DNA from: Oscillospiraceae bacterium
GTDB lineage: Bacteria > Bacillota > Clostridia > UMGS1840 > HGM11507
Direction: 5' to 3'
DNA length: 64,000 nt
Assembly: GCA_015068665.1 (NCBI GenBank)
Contig: SVKB01000011.1
Coordinates: 4,858 to 68,857, forward strand
Positions 1 to 7,658 of the stretch are shown here, piece after piece. Numbering within the stretch: position 1 is the stretch's first letter; every line of letters starts with the position of its first letter. The notes beneath the pieces were generated by a model. It ran no database searches. It was given only the letters and a program-made list of their open reading frames with translations, and had not been told where the DNA came from. A program made the translations under genes and the position numbers.

Positions 1-299
1 CTTTCGTTTTCAATCTCCAGGGATTTTAATTTGGAGTTATTATGTTCAAGCTCCATCAGCTTGTTATCCAGCTTCTGATTTTCGTTAACCAGGTCCTTTT
101 TATCCTTAAAATAGGTAAAAAAGTCACTCGTTCCCACTGCAACCGAGTTAAAAAGCTTCGCAACAGGCTCGACAATATAACCTACGGCATTATCGTATGC
201 CAAGGTGTTTTCCCTGTCAAGAGCACTGAAATATACAACGACTATGGACAGAATAAGAATTCCGAGCACAATCATATATTTTTTGTTACGAAAAATCAA
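1..299 (-). CDS. mreC: Rod shape-determining protein MreC, N-terminal part (continues past left edge)
   Basis: Not in the ORF track because it is edge-truncated. The minus-strand frame is open from 299 to the edge: (M)IFRNKKYMIVLGILILSIVVVYFSALDRENTLAYDNAVGYIVEPVAKLF...NQKLDNKLMELEHNNSKLKSLEIENE. This is a TM anchor plus coiled coil, as in MreC. TTG at 299 lies 8 nt after GGAG; an ATG alternative is at 275. Directly downstream of mreB. Confidence 0.7.
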   Translation of the reverse strand, partial: MIFRNKKYMIVLGILILSIVVVYFSALDRENTLAYDNAVGYIVEPVAKLFNSVAVGTSDFFTYFKDKKDLVNENQKLDNKLMELEHNNSKLKSLEIENE

Positions 300-323
300 T
301 TATATCACTCCGGTTTTATTTTT

Positions 324-1358
324 TTACCAGCGGCTCTTATTCTTCTGAGCGCTGCCCTGGACACTTCTTAATGTGTCCACAGTATCAAGAACCATACCCG
401 TTCCTTTTGCCACACAGTCAAGGGGATCCTCTGCAATTTTTACCGGAAGAAGTGTTCTTTCGGATAAAAGACGGTCAAGCCCTTTTAAGAAGGCACCGCC
501 ACCTGTTAAGGTTATACCCTGGGTTACGATATCGGCAGAAAGCTCGGGAGGTGTGTTTTCAAGAGTTACCTTAACGGTATCAACTAAAATTTCCGCACAT
601 TCGGATAAAGCTTCTCTTATTTCCGCACTTGTAACAACGATGTTTCTCGGAAGCCCTGAAAGATTATCACGGCCTCTTACATCCATATCAGGCTCATCAT
701 CCTCCATTTTATAAACAGAGCCGATTGCTATTTTAATTTCTTCGGCGGTTCTTTCACCGATTAAAAGATTATGCTTTTTCTTGATATAGTTTGCAATTGC
801 CTCATCAAAGGCATTACCTGCCACTCTTACGGTTTTTGCGGTAACGATTGAGCCTAAGGAAATAACAGCCGCTTCACTGGTTCCGCCGCCGATATCAAGC
901 ACCATATTACCAAGAGGCTCGGAAACGGTAAGATTTGCACCGATTGCCGCCGCCATGGATTCCTCAACAATATAAACCTCTTTTGCGCCTGACTGAATAA
1001 CCGCTTCCTCAACGGCTCTTCTTTCAACCTCGGTTACACCGGAGGGAACACAGGCAACAACACGGGGCTTTGTGAAAGCACCGGATTTTAAAACCTTGTG
1101 AAGAAATCTCTTTATCATTTCATAGGTCATTTTATAATCGGAAATAACGCCATCCTTAAGAGGCTTGATGGCAATAATATTATCGGGTGTTTTACCAACC
1201 ATTTCCTTTGCATCGTAGCCTACAGCATAAACCTCCTTGGAGTATCTTGCAACAGCAACAACCGAAGGTTCTCTTAAAACTATTCCCTTCCCCTTAACAT
1301 AGATAAGAGTATTGGCTGTTCCAAGATCAATACCGATATCCTTACTGAAAAATGCCAT
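324..1358 (-). CDS. mreB: Rod shape-determining actin homologue MreB/Mbl
   Basis: 344-aa ORF. N-terminus FSKDIGIDLGTANTLIYVKGKGIVLREPSVVAV plus the actin-fold motifs DIGGGTSE and TGGGA. Confidence 0.95.
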   Translation of the reverse strand: MAFFSKDIGIDLGTANTLIYVKGKGIVLREPSVVAVARYSKEVYAVGYDAKEMVGKTPDNIIAIKPLKDGVISDYKMTYEMIKRFLHKVLKSGAFTKPRVVACVPSGVTEVERRAVEEAVIQSGAKEVYIVEESMAAAIGANLTVSEPLGNMVLDIGGGTSEAAVISLGSIVTAKTVRVAGNAFDEAIANYIKKKHNLLIGERTAEEIKIAIGSVYKMEDDEPDMDVRGRDNLSGLPRNIVVTSAEIREALSECAEILVDTVKVTLENTPPELSADIVTQGITLTGGGAFLKGLDRLLSERTLLPVKIAEDPLDCVAKGTGMVLDTVDTLRSVQGSAQKNKSRW

Positions 1359-1360
1359 AT

Positions 1361-1864
1361 TTAAACTCTCCTTTCGAGTCTTTCTAATAATAATTTAACT
1401 AAATATCCGTTTATAAATCCCGAAATTATCGCCGCAGCCGATAAAAACGGATAATAATAAAATACAGTATAAGAGCCCAGCATAAAAAAAGCACAGGTAA
1501 GCTGACCGAGAATGTGGGAAACACCTCCCAGCATACTTACACCAATGGGCGATAAGGTTTTACAGCTCCTTGCAAGTCCCATAACGGCGGCAGATAAAAG
1601 ACCGCCCGACAGGCTGTAAAAAAAAGATGAACCGTTCCCTGAAAGCAGGGTTAAAAGCACCGACTTTAAAAATGCCAGGGCAATCCCTTCCTTTGGGGAA
1701 TATATATAAATAACTGCAAGTATCACGATATTTGATATGCCGATTTTTACTCCCGGCAGGGTACCCGATAAGGGAATAAGCCCCTCCAGAAAGCTTAAGG
1801 CAAGAGAAAATACCAGACACAGGCTTAAAAATATAAGCTTCTTAAGACCATCAGTACGAAACAT
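1361..1864 (-). CDS. Gx transporter family membrane protein (heptaprenyl diphosphate synthase component I-like)
   Basis: Polytopic small membrane ORF. ATG at 1864; the track start at 1870 is TTG. Typical partner of the NusG-domain-II gene immediately upstream. Confidence 0.7.
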   Translation of the reverse strand: MFRTDGLKKLIFLSLCLVFSLALSFLEGLIPLSGTLPGVKIGISNIVILAVIYIYSPKEGIALAFLKSVLLTLLSGNGSSFFYSLSGGLLSAAVMGLARSCKTLSPIGVSMLGGVSHILGQLTCAFFMLGSYTVFYYYPFLSAAAIISGFINGYLVKLLLERLERRV

Positions 1865-2216
1865 AATCAAGCTCCGTTTCCCCGGTTAAATAAACTATAA
1901 GACGGTTGGGTAAGCATACGATTGATTCATGGGGGCGGGATATTTCCGCTTCTCTTATACACAGACCGTCCTCACAGCCTGCTTCAACCATTTTCACCTT
2001 TTTTCCGTCGATACTTATTTTATTATAACCGAAGGGAGAATTTATTTCAACTAATTTATTATAATTACCTGTAAGTTTTATTTCCTTATAGGTTTCGGAG
2101 TTAACCTTTATAACCAAGGTAAGCTCGCTGTCCGCCCTTTGAGGAAGCATAAAAAGGAAGGAACAGCAAGTTATTGCGATAAGTAAAATACCTGTAATCA
2201 CATCCCCCTTTTTCAT
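1851..2216 (-). CDS. NusG domain II-containing protein (DUF1312-like)
   Basis: 121 aa with an N-terminal TM helix, then a beta-rich domain with ...KISIDGKKVKMVEAGCEDGLCI...IVCLPNRLIV. Conserved pairing with the Gx transporter gene. Confidence 0.65.
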   Translation of the reverse strand: MKKGDVITGILLIAITCCSFLFMLPQRADSELTLVIKVNSETYKEIKLTGNYNKLVEINSPFGYNKISIDGKKVKMVEAGCEDGLCIREAEISRPHESIVCLPNRLIVYLTGETELDYVSY

Positions 2217-4276
2217 AGAGCACCTCTATAAAAATGACCGCGGGTAAACTTAGAAAGTCTGTTTTCTCCCTCTGAAAACATGGAGAAAACCTCCTCACAG
2301 CCCTTCATATTCTCACCGTAGAAGGAAATAAGTATATAGTCAATTCCGCTTCTTTCCATATCCGCCTTCTTATCGCTCATAACAAGCGGATGGGGGTTAA
2401 GGATAACGTTTCTGCAATCCTCACGGCAGTCAACAATGAATTTTTCACCCTTACGGTCGGTTAGTTCAACCGGCCCCTTAACGCACTCGTTAAGAACACT
2501 TTTTTTAACACAGTTTCTTAAAATCATCGACTCTAAAAGCCCGTAGCCCATAGCACATACGGGAAGTGAAGGACAGTAGCCCTCTATATCCCTTAAGGTT
2601 ATCTCAGGAGATAAGCCTGCGATAAACACATTGTTTTCCTTTAAAAACTCTGCGGAATGGGAATTTGCAATATTAAGATATATATCGGTCATAAGTCTGA
2701 AATCCTTTAAAAATTCAAAGTGGGAGATATTGCTTACAAGAGCATACTTAAACCCTGCCTCCTTTAATTTTAAAAGACGGCTTTTAACCTTATCCGCTTC
2801 GGTATGGGATATTATTTTCGGAAGGGAGATAATGATCCTTTCCTTATCAAGAAAATCCTTGTTCTTTAAAACAAGATTGTAATTTGCAATAATAAAGCTT
2901 ATTTCCTTTTTCGAATCTGCCCAGGTAAGCTGGCTCTGAAGATTAGCCCTTACGATATACTTTAAATTGGTGGGCTTTCTTCTTTGGTTTTCTAAAATAA
3001 CTTCCTTTATTTCAACCTGTTTTTCACTTAAAAGAAGCTCGCAGGCTCTTCTTCTTAGCTCATTTACGGTTTTCTGAGGTATAAAAACATCCTCGTCCAT
3101 ATTGCACTTAAGCTCATTTAAGAAAAAGGGAGTTTCATTAAGCTTTGATAAGCCCTCTTTTATTCTCTCATAGGAGGCAGGAGCACTTCTCGCCTCACCA
3201 AGGGGTTCTTCGCCGTATGCATAAACCTCTTTCCCCTCTGCAAAGGCGGTAATATAGGGAAGCTCACCCTTAAACAGATTGATTTCTATATTAAGGGGCT
3301 TTTTTCCCGAGCCTGCAACAGTATTTTTTGAAATTATATCCCTGTATTTTTCCTCTGCCTTTTTCTCATAATCCGAATAGGGATTTTCGTTTTTATTATA
3401 GCAGAACATTTTCTTATCCTTATAGCCGTAAAAATAGTCGGTATAACCGCCACGGTAAAAGATATTGTTAACAAGGTCAATGTCCTCACGGCTTAAATGC
3501 TCTCCGTCGAGCAGACGGCGGTAAGTATCCACCACCGTTGCCACATAGTATTCATTTTTCAACCTTCCCTCAATTTTCAGAGAATCTATTTTAAACTTTT
3601 TAAATGCATCGGTGTAGTTTACTGAGCTTAAATCCTTAAGACTTAAAAGACTGCCGGTCTTTCCCTTAAGCTCATAGTTAAGACGGCAGGGCTGGGCACA
3701 TTTGCCCCGGTTACCGCTTCTGTCACCTATAAAGGAGCTCATATAGCATTGCCCCGAATAACAGGCACAAAGAGCACCGTGGATAAAAATTTCTATTTCA
3801 CAATCGGTATTTTCCCTGATATATTTTATTTCATCCATAGAAAGCTCACGGGAGAGCACCACTCTTTTAACATCATTCCTATAAAGAAATTCAACACCCT
3901 CAAGATTGTGAACGGTCATCTGAGTGGAGCCATGAATTTCAAGAGAGGGTACCGCCTCTTTAATTAAGCTTACCGCGCCAAGATCCTGAACTATAACCGC
4001 ATCTGCACCGACTTTTGCCGCAAGCTGGGCACTTTTTACAAAATCCGAAGCCTCACAGTCTCTGATAAGAGTATTTAAGGTGATATATCCTTTTTTTCCG
4101 CGGTTATGAAGATATTTAAGACCCTCCTCCGCCTCCTCTACGGTAAAATTCTTTGCCCCGTACCGTGCATTGAAGGACTCAAGACCAAAATAAACAGCGT
4201 CAGCTCCAACGTTTGCTGCCGCTTTAAGTACCTTTAAAGACCCCGCAGGGGATAATAATTCCGGTTTAAATTCCAT
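2213..4276 (-). CDS. Peptidase U32 family protein (collagenase-like / RNA hydroxylation-related family)
   Basis: 687 aa. N-terminus ELLSPAGSLKVLKAAANVGADAVYFG and the Cys-rich motif CACYSGQCYMSS...GNRGKCAQPCR are typical of the U32 family. Confidence 0.85.
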   Translation of the reverse strand: MEFKPELLSPAGSLKVLKAAANVGADAVYFGLESFNARYGAKNFTVEEAEEGLKYLHNRGKKGYITLNTLIRDCEASDFVKSAQLAAKVGADAVIVQDLGAVSLIKEAVPSLEIHGSTQMTVHNLEGVEFLYRNDVKRVVLSRELSMDEIKYIRENTDCEIEIFIHGALCACYSGQCYMSSFIGDRSGNRGKCAQPCRLNYELKGKTGSLLSLKDLSSVNYTDAFKKFKIDSLKIEGRLKNEYYVATVVDTYRRLLDGEHLSREDIDLVNNIFYRGGYTDYFYGYKDKKMFCYNKNENPYSDYEKKAEEKYRDIISKNTVAGSGKKPLNIEINLFKGELPYITAFAEGKEVYAYGEEPLGEARSAPASYERIKEGLSKLNETPFFLNELKCNMDEDVFIPQKTVNELRRRACELLLSEKQVEIKEVILENQRRKPTNLKYIVRANLQSQLTWADSKKEISFIIANYNLVLKNKDFLDKERIIISLPKIISHTEADKVKSRLLKLKEAGFKYALVSNISHFEFLKDFRLMTDIYLNIANSHSAEFLKENNVFIAGLSPEITLRDIEGYCPSLPVCAMGYGLLESMILRNCVKKSVLNECVKGPVELTDRKGEKFIVDCREDCRNVILNPHPLVMSDKKADMERSGIDYILISFYGENMKGCEEVFSMFSEGENRLSKFTRGHFYRGAL

Positions 4277-4338
4277 TTACTGACCCTTCCAAGCTGAATT
4301 ATAAAAGGGGCATTTTACTGCCCCTCTCTAACTATCTT

Positions 4339-4755
4339 TTATAGATTTACCATATATTTTGCGATGTTTGCGCCCGCCTCTTCTTTAGGAGCACTGATAG
4401 CAACAGTGAACTTAACCGAATACTTCTTTGCAAGTTCTTCTAATTTAGGAACAACCATATCAAACTGAGCAACTGTAATATCAGCAATTTTCGTGATACT
4501 GTCTATAAATATATGAGTAATGTCAAAGTTCTGAGAAATCATACCGCAGATAAAGCCGTAAAACTCTTCAACTGTTTTAACATTAAAATCTTCTGTAGTA
4601 ACCATTCTGACTTCAGAGGAGATATCAAAGGTGTGTCTTCCGTCTTTAGTAACGCAAACAACATTACCTTTTTCAGTTTTCAATGCTTCATTAACCTCGT
4701 TAATAAAGACTTTTGTTTTACCTGTTCCCTTAGGACCGATAAGAATGTTAATCAT
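4339..4755 (-). CDS. Small P-loop NTPase of unknown function
   Basis: 138 aa. Walker A GPKGTGKT at residues 7-14. Good RBS (GGGAGG). No further family recognised. Confidence 0.6.
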   Translation of the reverse strand: MINILIGPKGTGKTKVFINEVNEALKTEKGNVVCVTKDGRHTFDISSEVRMVTTEDFNVKTVEEFYGFICGMISQNFDITHIFIDSITKIADITVAQFDMVVPKLEELAKKYSVKFTVAISAPKEEAGANIAKYMVNL

Positions 4756-4918
4756 ATGTATTACCTCCCGGATTTTTATTTAATAACATTATACAATAAT
4801 ATTTGTAAAATTTCAATAACCATTTAAAAAATTTATTCAAATTTTCATAACGGCTTAATTTTTTGTATACAATAAAAACTGTCAGTAATAAAGTTTTAAA
4901 AAAAATTTAAAAAAACTA

Positions 4919-4947
4919 TTGACAAATCCACTATTTATTGCTATTAT
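4919..4947 (+). promoter_or_regulatory. Sigma-A type promoter of the tRNA operon
   Basis: TTGACA (4919-4924), 17-nt spacer, TATTAT (4942-4947), about 30 nt upstream of the first tRNA. Confidence 0.55.
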
Positions 4948-4976
4948 AATATAGTCAATTTTATGCGTGACGCTAT

Positions 4977-5050
4977 GCGGGTGTAGTTCAATGGTAGAAT
5001 CTCAGCCTTCCAAGCTGATTGCGTGGGTTCGATTCCCATCACCCGCTCCA
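4977..5050 (+). tRNA. tRNA-Gly (anticodon UCC), CCA encoded
   Basis: Hand-folded cloverleaf: acceptor GCGGGTG/CACCCGC, anticodon loop CTTCCAA, T-loop TTCGATT. Confidence 0.9.
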
Positions 5051-5054
5051 ATGT

Positions 5055-5131
<77 letters not shown>

Positions 5132-5138
5132 CTTATAT

Positions 5139-5216
5139 GGTGGGTATAGCTCAGCTGGTTAGAGCACCAGATTGTGGTCCTGGGGGTCGTCGGTTCGAAA
5201 CCGACTACCCACCCCA
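5139..5216 (+). tRNA. tRNA-His (anticodon GUG) with encoded G-1, CCA encoded
   Basis: An extra 5-prime G lies opposite discriminator C. Acceptor GTGGGTA/TACCCAC, anticodon loop TTGTGGT, T-loop TTCGAAA. Confidence 0.85.
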
Positions 5217-5245
5217 AATAAAACTCACCGAAAATATGATGTCGT

Positions 5246-5321
5246 TGGGATGTAGCCAAGTGGTAAGGCACAGGACTTTGACTCCTGCATTTCGCTGGTT
5301 CGAGCCCAGCCATCCCAGCCA
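5246..5321 (+). tRNA. tRNA-Gln (anticodon UUG), CCA encoded
   Basis: Acceptor TGGGATG/CATCCCA, anticodon stem CAGGA/TCCTG with loop CTTTGAC, T-loop TTCGAGC. Confidence 0.9.
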
Positions 5322-5340
5322 TTTTTTTTAAACTTAATAT

Positions 5341-5416
5341 GGGCCATTAGCTCAGTCGGCAGAGCACTTGACTTTTAATCAAGGTGTCCGCGGTTCGAAT
5401 CCGCGATGGCTCACCA
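5341..5416 (+). tRNA. tRNA-Lys (anticodon UUU), CCA encoded
   Basis: Acceptor GGGCCAT/ATGGCTC, anticodon stem CTTGA/TCAAG with loop CTTTTAA, T-loop TTCGAAT. Confidence 0.9.
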
Positions 5417-5419
5417 GAA

Positions 5420-5448
5420 AAAAGCACTTCGTAAGAAGTGCTTTTTTC
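5420..5448 (+). terminator. Intrinsic terminator of the tRNA operon
   Basis: AGCACTTC-GTAA-GAAGTGCT followed by TTTTT. Confidence 0.75.
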
Positions 5449-5745
5449 AATGAAATAAATCCTTTCAGGATTTGTGAAATACCCTTCGGGCGTGAAATAT
5501 TGCTTCGCAATATGAAATACGCCTTCGGCGTGTGATAAAGGATTTATTTTATTTCACAGAAAACTTTAGTTTTCTATTTCACAATTTACGAAGTAAATTA
5601 TTTCATATCAACGAAGTTGATATTTCATTAAATATTGACAATTCCACCTGTATGAAATATTGCTTCGCAATATGAAAAGGCACTAAACAAAAATTGTTTA
5701 GTGCCCGTAAGCCCGCAGGCGTATAAATAGATACGTCAAGGGTTT
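5449..5745. repeat. TGAAAT/ATTTCA dyad bead array plus R-like hairpin
   Basis: The word TGAAAT occurs at 5451, 5475, 5493 and 5513 (degenerate TGATAA at 5533), each followed by a different small hairpin (AAATCC..GGATTT, CCCTTCGGG, ATTGCTTCGCAAT, ACGCCTTCGGCGT). ATTTCA then occurs at 5551, 5576, 5600 and 5623 with other hairpins. The 25-nt TGAAATATTGCTTCGCAATATGAAA is duplicated at 5653. Confidence 0.8.
5674..5705 (-). terminator. Probable intrinsic terminator of typA
   Basis: 12-bp perfect stem GGCACTAAACAA/TTGTTTAGTGCC (5679-5705), followed on the minus strand by TTTTC. Confidence 0.55.
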
Positions 5746-5767
5746 TTTAGGTTCAATATACGTATTT

Positions 5768-7591
5768 TTACGCTTTTTGTGCTTTATTTCTTGCCTTTGC
5801 TCTTAAATCGCTGTTTAAGATTTTCTTTCTTAATCTTATATTCTCGGGTGTGATTTCCACCAGCTCGTCATCAGCTATAAATTCAAGGCACTGCTCTAAG
5901 CTTAAAACATCGTGAGGAGTGAGTCTTAAGGCATCGTCCGAGCCGGAGGCACGGGTATTTGTAAGCTGTTTTTTCTTGCAGACATTAAGCACAATATCCT
6001 CAGCCTTGGCATTTTCGCCAACAACCATTCCCTCATAAACCTTAACACCGGGGCCGATAAAGAGTCTGCCTCTGCCCTGGGCATTGAATAAGCCGTAGGT
6101 GATGCTTTCCCCGTCCTCCCAGGCAATGATTGAGCCTCTTGTTCTTCCGGGGATATCCCCTTTATGCTCTTCATAGCCTATAAGAATGGAGTTCATAATA
6201 CCGTTACCCTTGGTGTCGGTTAAAAATTCATTACGGTAGCCGATAAGACCACGGGAAGGAATTTTAAATTCAATTCTTGTGTAGCCGTTTGGATTGGCTG
6301 CCATATTAATCATTTCACCCTTACGGGAGCCAAGCTTTTCAATAACGCTTCCCACATATTCCTCGGGAACATCAACAATAAGGTGCTCAACAGGCTCACA
6401 TAAAACGCCCTTAAGCTCCTTCATAATGATAACCGGCTTGGAAACCTGAAATTCAAAGCCTTCTCTTCTCATAGTTTCAATTAAAATAGAAAGATGAAGC
6501 TCGCCACGCCCCGAAACCTTAAAGGAATCGGCACTGTCAGTCTCCTCAACCCTTAAGGAAACATTGGTTTCTGTTTCCCTGAACAGTCGGTCTCTTAAAT
6601 GACGGGAGGTAACGAAGGTTCCCTCTCTTCCCGCGAAGGGACTGTTATTTACAATAAAGTTCATGGAAATTGTAGGCTCGTCAACCTCAATTACCGGTAA
6701 CGGGTCAATATTTGAGGTGGTACAAAGGGTTTCACCAATGTTGAAATCGCCAAGACCTGCTATACAAATGATTTCACCTGCACTAACCGTTTCGGTTTCC
6801 ACTTTTTTAAGACCGCTGTAAGTGTAGATTCTGCCCGTTTTGGCAGTTTTAACCGAGCCGTCCTTTTTGCATATAGCAACCTGCTCGTTAACCGATACAG
6901 TACCTCTTCTTACCTTGCCGACTGCAATTTTACCCACATATTCATCATAGTCAATATTCGATACAAGCATCTGGAAGGATTCGTTATCCTTGCCCGAAGG
7001 AGCAGGAACATAATCCACGATGGTATCAAAAAGAGGCTGAAGATTTTCCGTTCTTTCGTTAAAATCAAAGGTTGCATAGCCCTCACGGGAGGAGGCATAA
7101 ATAATGGGAAAGTCAATCTGCTCATCGCTTGCCTCAAGGTCAATGAACAAATCAATTACCTCATCAACAACATCATTGGGTCTTGCATCCTTCTTATCAA
7201 TTTTATTTACAACCACAATAGGCTTTAAATCAAGCTCAAGAGCCTTTTTAAGAACAAAACGGGTCTGGGGCATAGCGCCTTCAAAGGCGTCAACCAGAAG
7301 AACAACTCCTTCAACCATACCGAGAACACGCTCAACCTCACCGCCGAAATCCGCATGGCCCGGTGTATCAACAATATTGATTTTAATATCCTTGTACATA
7401 ACCGAGGTGTTTTTGGAAAGAATGGTTATGCCTCTTTCACGCTCTAAATCGTTAGAGTCCATAACCCTGTCCTCAACCTGCTCGTTTGCTCTGAAGGTAC
7501 CGCTTTGCTTAAGCATCTCGTCAACCATAGTGGTTTTACCGTGGTCAACGTGAGCAATTATGGCTATATTTCTTATCTTTTTATCACTCAT
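5768..7591 (-). CDS. typA: Translational GTPase TypA/BipA
   Basis: 607 aa. IRNIAIIAHVDHGKTT G1 motif, DTPGHADF, NKID. Length and C-terminal domain typical of BipA. Confidence 0.95.
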   Translation of the reverse strand: MSDKKIRNIAIIAHVDHGKTTMVDEMLKQSGTFRANEQVEDRVMDSNDLERERGITILSKNTSVMYKDIKINIVDTPGHADFGGEVERVLGMVEGVVLLVDAFEGAMPQTRFVLKKALELDLKPIVVVNKIDKKDARPNDVVDEVIDLFIDLEASDEQIDFPIIYASSREGYATFDFNERTENLQPLFDTIVDYVPAPSGKDNESFQMLVSNIDYDEYVGKIAVGKVRRGTVSVNEQVAICKKDGSVKTAKTGRIYTYSGLKKVETETVSAGEIICIAGLGDFNIGETLCTTSNIDPLPVIEVDEPTISMNFIVNNSPFAGREGTFVTSRHLRDRLFRETETNVSLRVEETDSADSFKVSGRGELHLSILIETMRREGFEFQVSKPVIIMKELKGVLCEPVEHLIVDVPEEYVGSVIEKLGSRKGEMINMAANPNGYTRIEFKIPSRGLIGYRNEFLTDTKGNGIMNSILIGYEEHKGDIPGRTRGSIIAWEDGESITYGLFNAQGRGRLFIGPGVKVYEGMVVGENAKAEDIVLNVCKKKQLTNTRASGSDDALRLTPHDVLSLEQCLEFIADDELVEITPENIRLRKKILNSDLRAKARNKAQKA

Positions 7592-7606
7592 AAATTTCCT
7601 TCTTCC

Positions 7607-7642
7607 TAAAATTATCCTGTGTTAATTAAAACACAGGATAAT
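7607..7642 (-). terminator. Intrinsic terminator downstream of ispH-S1 gene
   Basis: ATTATCCTGTGT-loop-ACACAGGATAAT 12-bp stem, followed on the minus strand by TTTTAGG. Confidence 0.65.
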
Positions 7643-7658
7643 CGTGAAAATTATAATT

